Positions 9,921 through 19,140 of a DNA stretch of 64,000 nucleotides are shown one piece after another. Numbering within the stretch: the stretch's first letter is position 1; each line of letters begins with the position of its first letter. This DNA is from Deltaproteobacteria bacterium (lineage in GTDB: Bacteria; Myxococcota; Myxococcia; Myxococcales; 40CM-4-68-19). Location of the stretch: positions 18,173-82,172 of the forward strand of contig VBKI01000070.1 of assembly GCA_005879535.1 (NCBI GenBank). Reading direction: 5' to 3'. The notes under the pieces were generated by a model. It worked only from the letters and a program-made list of their open reading frames with translations, ran no database searches and had not been told where the DNA came from. The position numbers and the translations under genes are program-made.

Positions 9921-11612
9921 CTACGGAATCGCGCCGCCACCGTCGTTGCGAACGTCGCAGGCGGCGACGCGCCAGCGCGTGTCGGCGTCGATCTGTATCC
10001 CGCAGGCTTTTCCCCACAGCGTGTCGAAGAAGCCGGGACCGTGATCCTGGAAAGGCTCGCCGCCGAACTGCAACTTGTGTCCGCGCTGCTCCAGGGCTCG
10101 CGCAGTGGCGGCCTCCAGCCCGCTGGGCTCCACGCGGACGAGGTCGGGGTAGAGATTGTGGTGCAGGCGCGGCTGAGCGATGGCGCGATCGACCGGCATG
10201 CCGTCGTCGATCACGTGCACGATGGCCTGCACGACCGTGGTCGGAATCGACGCTCCGCCTGAAGAGCCGATGGCGAGCAGCAGCGCGCCGTCGGGAGCGA
10301 AGACGAACGTCGGCGCCATGGACGAGAGCGGCACCTTCCCCGGGCCCGGCGCGTTCTCCACGTCGCCTCGGACGCCGTACGCGTTGGGAACACCGGCGGC
10401 GACGGCGAAGTCGTCCATCTCGTCGTTGAGGAGGAAACCCGTCCCCTTGGGAACGACGCAGGAGCCGAAGGCGTCGTTCACGGTGGTGTTGAGCGCGACC
10501 GCATTTCCTTCTTCGTCCACGGCCGAGACATGGGTCGTTCCATGCTCCTGCTGGACCACGACCTGGGCCGTCGGCGTCGCCTGCTCGCCGATCTGCCGCG
10601 CGAGATCTCCGGCGAAGTCCTTGGCGACCATCCGCCGCACCCGCTCCTCGACACCAGGATTGAAGTCGGGGTCGCCCAGCCTCTGCCGCACGGCATAGAG
10701 CCGTTTCTCGGCCTCGATCATCGCGTGCAGGAAGCGGTCCGGCCGATAGCCTCCCGCCCTGGGCTGCTCGCGCTCGAGCACGTTGAGCAGCGCGGAGACG
10801 ATGAATCCGCCGCTCGAAGGCAGCGGCATGCTGACGATGCGGTAACCGCGATACGTCGACTCGATCGGCTGCCGCTCGCGAACCTGGACCCGCGACAGGT
10901 CGTCGGGCGCGAGCACTCCGCCGCGCGCGGCGAGGGTGTCGACGATGCTCTTCGCGATCCGTCCCTTGTAGAACGCGTCGGGACCCCGCTCTCCGATGGC
11001 GTGCAGGGTGCGCGCGAGATCCGGCTGGATGAGCTTGTCTCCGGGCTGCTTCGCCTCATATTCGCCGTCGTCTCCCCGGCGCAAGAAGATCCGCGCCGCC
11101 TCCGGATCGGCGGCGAGGCATTCCAGACGCCACTCGGAAGCGCGCACGAACTGGACGTTCACCTGGAACCCGCGGAGCGCGATCTGCTCGGCGGGGCTGA
11201 CGACCTGCGCGAGCGGTTTCTTTCCGAAGCGCTTGAGCAACTCGGCGTATCCCTTCACCGCTGCGGGAACGGCGACGCTGAGCGGGCCGGCGTTGGCGAG
11301 GTCCTGCCGCGCCTCTCCGTTCTGCACGTACATGTCCGGCCGCGCAGCGCGCGGGCCCACTTCGCGGAAGTCGAGCACGTGCACCTGTCTCGTCCGCGCC
11401 GTGTAGATCAGCGCGAATCCGCCCCCGCCGAGTCCCGAGCTCTGCGGCTCGACGACGCTGAGCGCGAAGGCCGCGGCGATGGCCGCGTCCGCCGCGTTGC
11501 CGCCGCGGCGCAGCATGGATGCGCCCGCCTCGGCGGCAAGCGGGTGGGCCGCGGCGACGGCGCCGCGGGGCGATACCGCGGGGAACGCGAGCAACAGCGC
11601 GAGCAGGAGCAT
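9921..11612 (-). CDS. ggt: gamma-glutamyltransferase
   Basis: 563 aa. Signal peptide. SGLGGGGF motif and the autoprocessing/catalytic Thr context (EHGTTHVSAVD). Confidence 0.9.
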   Translation of the reverse strand: MLLLALLLAFPAVSPRGAVAAAHPLAAEAGASMLRRGGNAADAAIAAAFALSVVEPQSSGLGGGGFALIYTARTRQVHVLDFREVGPRAARPDMYVQNGEARQDLANAGPLSVAVPAAVKGYAELLKRFGKKPLAQVVSPAEQIALRGFQVNVQFVRASEWRLECLAADPEAARIFLRRGDDGEYEAKQPGDKLIQPDLARTLHAIGERGPDAFYKGRIAKSIVDTLAARGGVLAPDDLSRVQVRERQPIESTYRGYRIVSMPLPSSGGFIVSALLNVLEREQPRAGGYRPDRFLHAMIEAEKRLYAVRQRLGDPDFNPGVEERVRRMVAKDFAGDLARQIGEQATPTAQVVVQQEHGTTHVSAVDEEGNAVALNTTVNDAFGSCVVPKGTGFLLNDEMDDFAVAAGVPNAYGVRGDVENAPGPGKVPLSSMAPTFVFAPDGALLLAIGSSGGASIPTTVVQAIVHVIDDGMPVDRAIAQPRLHHNLYPDLVRVEPSGLEAATARALEQRGHKLQFGGEPFQDHGPGFFDTLWGKACGIQIDADTRWRVAACDVRNDGGGAIP

Positions 11613-11650
11613 GGCGGCGCACTATAACTTCTGCTATCTCGGCTGCCCCC

Positions 11651-13027
11651 ATGGTTCGCGTCCGCTTCGCACCCTCGCCGACCGGGTACCTGCACATCGG
11701 CGGGGCGCGCACCGCCCTGTTCAACTGGCTGTGGGCGCGGAAGAACAAGGGCGTGTTCGTCCTGCGCGTGGAGGACACGGACCAGTCGCGCAGCACGCAG
11801 GAGAGCGAGCAGGCCATCATCGACGGGATGAAGTGGTTGGGCCTCGATTGGGACGAGGGTCCGATCGTGGGAGGCCCGCACGCGCCGTACTTCCAGATGC
11901 AGCGGCTCGCCACCTACGACAAGCACGCGGAAGACTTGATCGCGAAGGGCAAGGCGTACCGCTGCGACTGCACGAAGGAGGAGCTGGATCGGCTCCGCGA
12001 GCAGGCGGCGCGCGAGAAGCGGGGCTTCAAGTACCCGGGCACCTGCCGCGACAAGAATCTGCCGCGCGGGACGCCGGGCTCGGTGGTGCGGTTCCGCATG
12101 CCTGACGAGGGAGCCACGACGTTCACGGACCTGGTCAAGGGCGAGATCACCACCCAGCACAAGGAGCTGCAGGACGAGGTCATCCTCAGAGCCGACGGAG
12201 TGCCGCTCTACAACTTCGGCGCCGTGGTCGACGACATCGAGATGGAGATCAGCATGGTCGCCCGCGGCGACGACCACGTCGTGAACACGCCGCGGCAGAT
12301 CCTCATGTACCAGGCGCTGCGGTACCCGGTGCCGCAGTTCGCGCACCTGCCGATGATCCTCGGCGCCGACAAGCAGCGGCTCTCCAAGCGGCACGGCGCA
12401 GTCAACGTCCTGCAGTATCGCGACGATGGTTACCTGCCGGGCGCGCTGGTGAACTACCTCGCGCGCCTCGGCTGGTCGCACGGCGATCAGGAGATCTTCA
12501 CCATTCCCGAGCTGATCGAGAAGTTCGACTGGGAGCATGTGGGCGCCAACGCCGGGGTGTTCAACCCGCAGAAGCTGGAATGGCTGAACCAGCAGTGGAT
12601 CAAGATGACGCCAGCGGAGGAGATCGCGAAGCAGACCGGCGTCTCGGCGCAGTTCGCCGCCCTGATGCAGGAGCGGGCGCGGAACCTGAACGAGATCCGC
12701 GATGCCTGGCGCGCGTATATGACCGCGGAGCTTCCCGCATACGACGACAAGGCGGTGGCGAAACAGTTGACCCAGGAGGCCAGGCCATTGCTCGTCGAGG
12801 CGCGGACGCTGATCGACCGGACCTTCCCCCAGGGACCGCAGGCCATGGAGCACGCCTTTCGCGCCCTGGCCGAGCAGCGCGGCCTCGGCCTCGGCAAGGT
12901 CGCGCAACCGGTGCGCGTAGCGGTGACCGGGACCACCGTCAGCCCTCCGCTGTTCGAGACCATCGCGCTGCTCGGCAAGGAGCGGACGCTGCGGCGCATC
13001 GATGCCGCGCTGGAGAAGACCCGATGA
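11651..13027 (+). CDS. gltX: glutamate--tRNA ligase
   Basis: ATG at 11651 gives MVRVRFAPSPTGYLHIGGARTALFNW (HIGH motif) and KLSKR (KMSKS motif). The upstream 44 codons of the tracked ORF are Arg-rich junk. Confidence 0.92.
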   Translation: MVRVRFAPSPTGYLHIGGARTALFNWLWARKNKGVFVLRVEDTDQSRSTQESEQAIIDGMKWLGLDWDEGPIVGGPHAPYFQMQRLATYDKHAEDLIAKGKAYRCDCTKEELDRLREQAAREKRGFKYPGTCRDKNLPRGTPGSVVRFRMPDEGATTFTDLVKGEITTQHKELQDEVILRADGVPLYNFGAVVDDIEMEISMVARGDDHVVNTPRQILMYQALRYPVPQFAHLPMILGADKQRLSKRHGAVNVLQYRDDGYLPGALVNYLARLGWSHGDQEIFTIPELIEKFDWEHVGANAGVFNPQKLEWLNQQWIKMTPAEEIAKQTGVSAQFAALMQERARNLNEIRDAWRAYMTAELPAYDDKAVAKQLTQEARPLLVEARTLIDRTFPQGPQAMEHAFRALAEQRGLGLGKVAQPVRVAVTGTTVSPPLFETIALLGKERTLRRIDAALEKTR

Positions 13028-13383
13028 GAGTGGTGTTCGCGGTGCTGCTCGCCGCCACGGCGGCGGTTGCGGCAGAAGGGTTCAAGGCGCGCGGCTTCAT
13101 CCTTCCCGACGGGGCGGTGAAGATCGACGACGACCGGTACCGCCTGCCGCAGCCCTGGGACGAGGCGGTGAAGTTCTACCGGCGCGCATATCCGCCGGGG
13201 AAGTACACGAGACGAACGCTGCACAGCCAGACGGCAGTCCGCGCGATGCACATCGAGAACTCCGAGAAGGGCGAGTGGGAAGGCGTCAATCTGTACGAGG
13301 CCGGACGCGGTGAAGTGCGCGTGTACATCCTGCCGCCTGCGCAGGCGCCGCCGCAGCCGCCGGCGAAAGGCAAGTCGCCTTGA
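13024..13383 (+). CDS. hypothetical secreted protein translationally coupled to gltX
   Basis: ATG at 13024 overlaps the gltX TGA (ATGA). 119 aa with signal peptide MRVVFAVLLAATAAVAA. Pro-rich tail. Confidence 0.6.
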   Translation: MRVVFAVLLAATAAVAAEGFKARGFILPDGAVKIDDDRYRLPQPWDEAVKFYRRAYPPGKYTRRTLHSQTAVRAMHIENSEKGEWEGVNLYEAGRGEVRVYILPPAQAPPQPPAKGKSP

Positions 13384-13408
13384 CAGCGCGGGGGTGCTTT
13401 TGTAGTTA
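13380..13408 (+). promoter_or_regulatory. candidate sigma-70-type promoter for the tRNA pair
   Basis: Perfect TTGACA (13380-13385), 17-nt spacer, then TAGTTA (13403-13408). This lies 17 nt before the tRNA-Gln 5' end. The -10 element is weak. Confidence 0.35.
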
Positions 13409-13424
13409 GCGCGTCCCCGTTCGC

Positions 13425-13498
13425 TGGGGGATCGTCTAACGGCAGGACGTAGGACTCTGACTCCTACTATCCAGGTTCGAATCCTGGTCCCCCAACCA
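13425..13498 (+). tRNA. tRNA-Gln (anticodon CTG)
   Basis: Manual cloverleaf. Acceptor tggggga/tccccca. Anticodon stem tagga/tccta with loop ctCTGac. T arm ccagg-ttcgaat-cctgg. Encoded CCA. Confidence 0.9.
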
Positions 13499-13551
13499 TT
13501 GAGGGTGTAGTACCCTGTGGGTCAGAGTCGCGGGAGCGGCAAAGGAAAGGC

Positions 13552-13627
13552 GGCCCCATCGTCTAGCGGCCTAGGACGGAGGCCTCTCACGCCTCAAACA
13601 TGGGTTCGAATCCCGTTGGGGTCACCA
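13552..13627 (+). tRNA. tRNA-Glu (anticodon CTC)
   Basis: Manual cloverleaf. Acceptor ggcccca/tggggtc. Anticodon stem gaggc/gcctc with loop ctCTCac. T arm atggg-ttcgaat-cccgt. Encoded CCA. Confidence 0.9.
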
Positions 13628-13631
13628 ATTG

Positions 13632-13662
13632 GCCCGCCAGGGTGAGACTGGCGGGCTCTTTT
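13632..13662 (+). terminator. intrinsic terminator after the tRNA pair
   Basis: 9-bp stem gcccgccag / ctggcgggc with a 7-nt loop, followed by tcTTTT. Confidence 0.7.
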
Positions 13663-13712
13663 ACGTGGTACAGGCAAAGCCAGTAGCCGCCAAGCCTCCT
13701 GGCGCGCTGCGG

Positions 13713-14972
13713 CTACGCTGCCCGCGCCGGGCGGTCCGTCCGCATCCAGGTCTGCCCCTGGGCGCCCCGGCTGTATTTGACGAATCCCACCAGCAGCGCG
13801 GCATTCATCTCGACGAAATGAGCGGCCGCATCGGCGACGGCCCGCACGTGCCGCGGCGTCATCCCCAGGAGGCTGAGCGCGGCGAGCGCGTACGCGGTGC
13901 ACTGCGTGAGCAGGGCGAGCGAGTAGAAGGTGCCCGCCCGCGCCAGGAACAGGTTGGCGACGAAGGCCACCACCAGGGCGTGCGGCACGAACCAGCGGAG
14001 CACCTTGTGCGACCAGAGCGCAAACGCGGTGAACCCATGGCGCGGCGAGAGCAGGTCCCGATGCTGCGAGAGCGCCCGGAAGCCGCCCGCCGCGATGCGG
14101 ACACGCCGCCGGTACTCGCCGACGTGATCGGGAGCAGTCTCTTCGTGCGCGACCGCCTCGGGCTCGTAGGCCACCTTGGAGCCTGCCGCCAGGACCCGCA
14201 ACGCGGCGACGAAGTCGTCGACGACGGTCCCTGCCGGCAGCGGCGGAAAGAGATCCTTGCGGACGGCGTAGATTCCTCCGTTGGCCCCCATCACGCAGCC
14301 GCGCCGCGACTCGTACAGCTTGAGCAGGCTCTCGAGCTTCCAGTAGGCGCCTTCCGTGACAGGGGCGCCCGCCGGAGAGTGCAGCCGCAGCCGCCCGCAG
14401 ACCAGGCCCACCTCGTCGTCGCGCAATGGTTGTACGAGATGCCGGATGGCGTCGCGCTCGAACTCGGTATTCGCGTCCGTCATCACCAGGACGTCGCCCT
14501 TGGCGAGCGCCACCAGCCGGCTGAGGACTCCGGCCTTGCCGCAGCGCTCTGCGCGCGAGAGCTTCACCCCGCGCGCCCCGTACCGCTGGACGATGGCGTC
14601 GGTCTCGTCGGTCGAGGCGTCGGAGCCGATCAGGATCTCCAGCTTGTCCGGCGGATAGTCCTGGGCGAGCAGGTTCTCGACTCGCCGCGCGATGCAATCC
14701 TGCTCGTTGAAGGCCGCGATCAGGACGGAGACGCTGGGCAGGCCAATCTGGGCGGGCGGACGGCGACGCTCATTTCCGCCCAGGTACCCCCAGGCGCCGC
14801 GCGCCTGCGCGATCGCATCGAGCGCGACGAGTAGCAGCGGATAGATCACGTAGGTGTGCAGGACGCATCCGACTGCGACCCAGAACACGACGGCGAGCAT
14901 GCGCCAGTCCGCAGCAATCGCCGTGCCTCGGCGGCGGCGCCGCAGGCACGCGACTGCCCCGGATACCGACAC
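13713..14972 (-). CDS. family 2 glycosyltransferase (membrane-bound, processive-type)
   Basis: 419-aa ORF. VSVLIAAFNE, GSDASTDET, DANT and later QRRRW-like (YRRRVRIAAG) elements. N- and C-terminal TM segments. Start is GTG at 14972, or alternatively ATG at 14900. Confidence 0.85.
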   Translation of the reverse strand: MSVSGAVACLRRRRRGTAIAADWRMLAVVFWVAVGCVLHTYVIYPLLLVALDAIAQARGAWGYLGGNERRRPPAQIGLPSVSVLIAAFNEQDCIARRVENLLAQDYPPDKLEILIGSDASTDETDAIVQRYGARGVKLSRAERCGKAGVLSRLVALAKGDVLVMTDANTEFERDAIRHLVQPLRDDEVGLVCGRLRLHSPAGAPVTEGAYWKLESLLKLYESRRGCVMGANGGIYAVRKDLFPPLPAGTVVDDFVAALRVLAAGSKVAYEPEAVAHEETAPDHVGEYRRRVRIAAGGFRALSQHRDLLSPRHGFTAFALWSHKVLRWFVPHALVVAFVANLFLARAGTFYSLALLTQCTAYALAALSLLGMTPRHVRAVADAAAHFVEMNAALLVGFVKYSRGAQGQTWMRTDRPARAA

Positions 14973-14990
14973 ACTTCCCTGATGGGAACT

Positions 14991-16016
14991 TCAGTTCCCA
15001 CCCTGTGGCGGCCGATACCCAGCCTCAGGAGGAATCAGCGACAAGATACGTCGCGCGCGCTCGTGCTGCGGGTTGCGCCTCAGGACCCTCTCCAGGAGCT
15101 GCCGGGCGCCGGCGGGATCGCCGCGGTCGAGCGAGATGTCCGCGAGGTCCACGTCGGCACGGAGCAACCTCGGCTCGATCTGACGCGCTTCGGAGAGGCC
15201 CTGAACGGCCTTCTCGTGGGCGCGGTTTGCTTTCGCAGCCGCGGCCTTGGCGTACAACACCCAAGCATCGCGCGGCGCCGCGCGTTCGGCCTGATCGGCG
15301 TGCGCGACCGCCCGGTCCGCGGTTCCGGCAATCGCTTCAGCAAACGCCATCGCGCGGAGCGCGGCAACGTCGTCCTTGTCCTCCGCGAATGCCTGCCGCG
15401 CCGCCGCGGCGCCCTGTTGCAGCAGCCGCGCCGCCGCGCGGCCCTCCTCGTCCCGCTCGGGCGCGGGAACGCGCTCGTAGAGATCCTTGTGCGCCGCGGC
15501 CCGCAGCAGCAGCGAGAATGCCCGCTCCGCCTCCGGCAAGGCGCGACCAGGCGCGCTGCGCGCTGCTTCGGTGAACAGCCTGGTGGCGTCCTCGAGGCTC
15601 CGGGTATCGTCGAGGAACATCTTCTCTCGACCCTGCCGCACCTTCTCGTCGAGCTCGCGAACCCGCTCGCGGCGGTGCAGCGCGATTCCGGCGACGCTCG
15701 CGAGGGCAAGAATCCCGAGCAGCACCGGCCAGCGTGCGCGCGACGCGCGATCGGCGGCAACCGAAGTGATCGGCCCCGGCGCCTCTGGCTCCGCGACTCC
15801 GGTCTGCACGAGTGGAAGCTCCGGCGGGTCGACGGCGACGACGGCGGGCGCAACGGGCACATCGGGTGCCGGAGACGCGGCAGCCGCCTGCGGCGCCGCC
15901 ACCTCGAAGACGGCGTGGCAACGGCCGCACTCGACGCTGAACGGAGCTTCGGCAGCCGCAACCGCCCCCTCCTGGAGGGAAAAGACGGCGTGGCAGCGGC
16001 TGCACTCGATGACCAT
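14991..16016 (-). CDS. MJ0042-type zinc-ribbon / single-TM / TPR protein
   Basis: ATG at 16016, 2 nt after the aspartate kinase stop. MVIECSRCHAVF...VECGRCHAVFEV supplies two CxxC pairs. TM segment WPVLLGILALASVAGIAL. Ala-rich TPR-like C-terminal half. Confidence 0.75.
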   Translation of the reverse strand: MVIECSRCHAVFSLQEGAVAAAEAPFSVECGRCHAVFEVAAPQAAAASPAPDVPVAPAVVAVDPPELPLVQTGVAEPEAPGPITSVAADRASRARWPVLLGILALASVAGIALHRRERVRELDEKVRQGREKMFLDDTRSLEDATRLFTEAARSAPGRALPEAERAFSLLLRAAAHKDLYERVPAPERDEEGRAAARLLQQGAAAARQAFAEDKDDVAALRAMAFAEAIAGTADRAVAHADQAERAAPRDAWVLYAKAAAAKANRAHEKAVQGLSEARQIEPRLLRADVDLADISLDRGDPAGARQLLERVLRRNPQHERARRILSLIPPEAGYRPPQGGN

Positions 16017-16018
16017 GG

Positions 16019-17214
16019 TCAGCTCTTGGCGGTGTCGCTCTTGTCGAGCCCGAACGCGGTGTGTAGCGCCCGGACCGCCAGCTCGGCATACTTCTCGTCG
16101 ATCAGGCACGAGATCTTGATCTCCGAAGTGCTGATCACGCGGATGTTCACGCCCTCGTCCGCGAGCACCTGGAACATCTTGGCCGCGACGCCCGCGTGGT
16201 TGCGCATCCCGACGCCCACGATGCTCACTTTCGCGATGCCCTCCTCGTGCTCCACCTTCCCGGCGCCGATCTGCTTGCCGATCCTGCGGACCAGCTCGCT
16301 GGTCTTTTCCGCATCGAGGCGGCCGACGGTGAACGCCATGTCGGTGCGACCGTCTTCCTTGGCAGGCGTCTGGACGATGACGTCGACCACGACCCCCTGC
16401 TCGGCCAGGGAGCCGAACACCTTGGCCGCGATGCCCGGCTTGTCGGGGACGCTGCGGATCACGAACCGCGACTCGTCGCGCGTGAGCGCGATCCCGCTGA
16501 CCAGCACTTCCTCCATCGCTGCGTCCTCCTCGCAGACCAGGGTACCCGCCTCGTCGCCGAACGACGACTTCACCCAGAGTGGCACTTTGTACTTCATGGC
16601 GAACTCGACGCTGCGGATCTGCAGGACCTTCGGACGCGAGCGAGCTTGCGGGCCCGGTCGCAGACGCGCGGATCGGTGGTGTAGACCCCATCGACGTCGG
16701 TGTAGATCTCGCACGAGTCCGCCTTGAGGGCGGCGGCGAGCGCGACCGCGGTGGTATCCGATCCTCCGCGCCCGAGCGTGGTGATGTTCCCCTGCTCGTC
16801 GATGCCCTGGAAACCGGCCACGACGGCGATCTCCTTCTTGCGCAGGCTCTCGCGCAGCTTGACGTCGTCGATGCTGCGGATGCGCGCGTTGGCGAACGCC
16901 GAGTCGGTGAGGATCCGCACTTGATGCCCGAGGAAGCTGCGTGCCCTTCCCTTCATCTCCTGGATGGCGAGCGCGAGAAGGCCTACCGACACTTGCTCAC
17001 CCGTCGAGACCACCACGTCCTGCTCGCGCTGGCTGGGGCGCCTGGAGAATTCGCTCGTGAGCTTGAGCAGCCGGTTGGTCTCCCCGGCCATGGCGGACAC
17101 GACGACGACCACGTCGTGGCCGGCCTTCCGCGTCGCGATCGCCTTCCGCGCGACGTTGCGGATGCGATCGGCGTCTCCCACGGAGGTGCCGCCATACTTC
17201 TGAACGATGAGCAT
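16019..17214 (-). pseudogene. lysC: aspartate kinase, interrupted by an out-of-frame internal deletion (about 37 nt) at 16631-16632
   Basis: N-terminal ORF 16594..17214 ([13 protein letters not shown]...[22 protein letters not shown], then out of frame). C-terminal ORF 16019..16714 resumes at [20 protein letters not shown] and contains both ACT domains. The block expected between them in this family (SYEEMLELASLGA-like) is missing. Confidence 0.8.
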
Positions 17215-17290
17215 CTAGCGGAACATATCGTGGACCGGGCGCGGCCGGGTAAAGGAACCGCGGGCGCCCGCTCTGGTGTACAAGCGGCGC

Positions 17291-18832
17291 ATGCGCATCG
17301 TTCTCTCGGGCGAGAAACTGACACTCGAGGAAGTGGGCGCCGCGGCGCTCGGAGGGGCACGCGTCGAGATCGCGCCCAGGGCCCGGGACCGCGTGCGCGC
17401 CGCCCGGTCGCTCGTCGAGCGCATCGCCGCGGGCGATACCCCCACCTACGGCATCAATACCGGATTCGGGACGCTGGCGGAGGTGTCGATCCCGAAGAGC
17501 GACCTGCGCAAGCTGCAGCGCAACCTCATCCTGTCGCACGCGGCGGGCACCGGGTCACCCCTTCCGCTTCACGAGGTGCGCGCGCTGATGCTCCTGCGCG
17601 CGAACGTACTGTCCGGTGGGTATTCGGGCATAAGGGAAACCACGCTGGAGCTCCTGCTGGAGATGCTGCAGCGGGATGTCATCCCCGTCGTGCCCGAGAA
17701 GGGGTCCGTGGGCGCCAGCGGCGATCTCGCCCCGCTCGCGCACCTCGCGCTCGTGCTGATCGGCGAGGGAGAGGCCTTCTTCGGGGGGAACCGCCTCCCG
17801 GGCCGGGATGCGCTCGCGCGCGCCGGGCTCCAGCCGGTGGTGCTGGAAGCGAAGGAAGGTCTGGCGCTGGTGAACGGCACGCAGGCGATGCAGGCGGTCG
17901 GGACGCTGGCGCTGCTGGAAGCCGAGCGTTGCGCGCGGGTCGCCGACATCGCCGCCGCAATGACGGTGGAAGGCCTGATGGGGTCGCATCGGCCCTTCCT
18001 CGCCGCCATCCACCGGATCCGCGGCCACGAAGGCCAGACCCGGGTGGCGGCCGAACTGCGGGCTCTGCTCGCCGGCAGCGAGATCAACGCCGCGCACCAG
18101 GACGAGCAGTGCGACAAGGTGCAGGATCCCTACTCCCTGCGCTGCGCTCCCCAGGTGCACGGAGCCGCGCGCGACGCCCTCGCCTTCATCCGCCGGACGC
18201 TCGCGGTCGAGGCCAACGCCGCCACCGACAATCCCCTGGTATTCGCGGAGGATCTCGACGACGTCTCCGCCGGCACCATCGTCAGCGGTGGCAACTTCCA
18301 CGGTCAGCCGGTGGCACAGGCACTGGACCTGCTCGCGATCGCCTGCGCGCAGCTGCAGACCATCTCGGAGCGGCGCGTCGAGCAGCTCGTCAATCCCTCC
18401 CTCTCCGGTCTGCCACCGTTTCTCGCCCGCAACAGCGGGCTCAACTCCGGCTTCATGATTGCCCAGGTCACAGCAGCCGCGCTGGCAGCGGAGACCAAGG
18501 TGCTCGCGCATCCGGCGTGTGTAGACACCATTCCCTCGTCCGCGGGACGCGAGGATCACGTCAGCATGGGGATGACGGCGGCCGTCAAGGCCCGGACGGC
18601 GGTGGAGAATGCCCGCACCGGCCTCGCCATCGAGCTGCTGGTCGCGGCCCAGGCGCTCGATCTGCGCAAGCCCCTCCGGGCCGGGGCGGGAGCGGCGGCC
18701 GCGCACGAGCGGATCCGGAGCCGGGTGTCGCACATGGACGAAGACCGCGAGCTGCACAGGGACATCGCCGCGGTGCGGCAGATGATGCCGGAGATCGAGA
18801 GCGCCGCGAGGGCCGCGGCCGGATTGAACTAG
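17291..18832 (+). CDS. hutH: histidine ammonia-lyase
   Basis: Family-typical sequence with the MIO-forming [12 protein letters not shown] motif. ATG at 17291 is preferred. The tracked ORF starts at GTG 17276. Confidence 0.9.
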   Translation: MRIVLSGEKLTLEEVGAAALGGARVEIAPRARDRVRAARSLVERIAAGDTPTYGINTGFGTLAEVSIPKSDLRKLQRNLILSHAAGTGSPLPLHEVRALMLLRANVLSGGYSGIRETTLELLLEMLQRDVIPVVPEKGSVGASGDLAPLAHLALVLIGEGEAFFGGNRLPGRDALARAGLQPVVLEAKEGLALVNGTQAMQAVGTLALLEAERCARVADIAAAMTVEGLMGSHRPFLAAIHRIRGHEGQTRVAAELRALLAGSEINAAHQDEQCDKVQDPYSLRCAPQVHGAARDALAFIRRTLAVEANAATDNPLVFAEDLDDVSAGTIVSGGNFHGQPVAQALDLLAIACAQLQTISERRVEQLVNPSLSGLPPFLARNSGLNSGFMIAQVTAAALAAETKVLAHPACVDTIPSSAGREDHVSMGMTAAVKARTAVENARTGLAIELLVAAQALDLRKPLRAGAGAAAAHERIRSRVSHMDEDRELHRDIAAVRQMMPEIESAARAAAGLN

Positions 18833-19026
18833 CCCGGCGCGGGGTCGCGCCGGCTGTCCCGCAGCGCCGCGGGGGTCCGCGCGCTGCCTCGGGGCTAGCC
18901 CGCCGCGGGGTCGCGCCGGCTGTCCCGCAGCGCCGCGGGGGTCCGCGCGCTGCCTCGGGACTAGCCCGGCGCGGGGTCGCGCCGGCTGTCCCGCAGCGCC
19001 GCGGGGGTCCGCGCGCTGCCTCGGGA
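18829..19026. repeat. 3 x 66 bp perfect-phase tandem direct repeat, each unit holding two GC-rich hairpins
   Basis: Units start at 18829, 18895 and 18961, each beginning ctagccc. The unit reads ggcgcggggtcgcgccggctgtcccgcagcgccgcgggggtccgcgcgctgcctcggg. Only 2 substitutions among the copies. Hairpins are ccggcgcg-gggt-cgcgccgg and gcagcgc-N11-gcgctgc. The repeat starts on the hutH stop codon. Confidence 0.9.
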
Positions 19027-19140
19027 CGTAAGAGCCGCACATCGTCCCACAAGCGGCTCCGTTCCCTCGGCGAAGAGCGCGCGACCACCGCGCACGGAAG
19101 CGGACTGCACCCGTTGCGCTCTGGTACCCTCGGGCTCCCC

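Noticed and set aside
13384-13712. tRNA-associated integration site or mobile element next to tRNA-Gln and tRNA-Glu
   Set aside because: There is no integrase, transposase, direct repeat of a tRNA 3' end, or compositional shift. The tRNAs are followed directly by a terminator and a convergent glycosyltransferase gene.
18829-19026. CRISPR array, or a coding 22-aa peptide repeat
   Set aside because: The units are directly adjacent with no spacers, so this is not CRISPR-like. There are no cas genes in the window. The repeat lies between a well-defined stop (hutH) and a well-defined start (19141). The translated repeat (RGVAPAVPQRRGGPRAASGLA) belongs only to spurious frames.
16579-19140. Upstream 854 codons of the 2404-aa plus-strand ORF (16579..23793), which would make a giant protein
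   Set aside because: This part runs antisense to the aspartate kinase gene and in an alternative frame of hutH. It crosses the tandem repeat and is Arg/Gly/Pro-rich. Recognisable TPR protein sequence starts only at ATG 19141. Stop-codon scarcity in GC-rich DNA explains the open frame.
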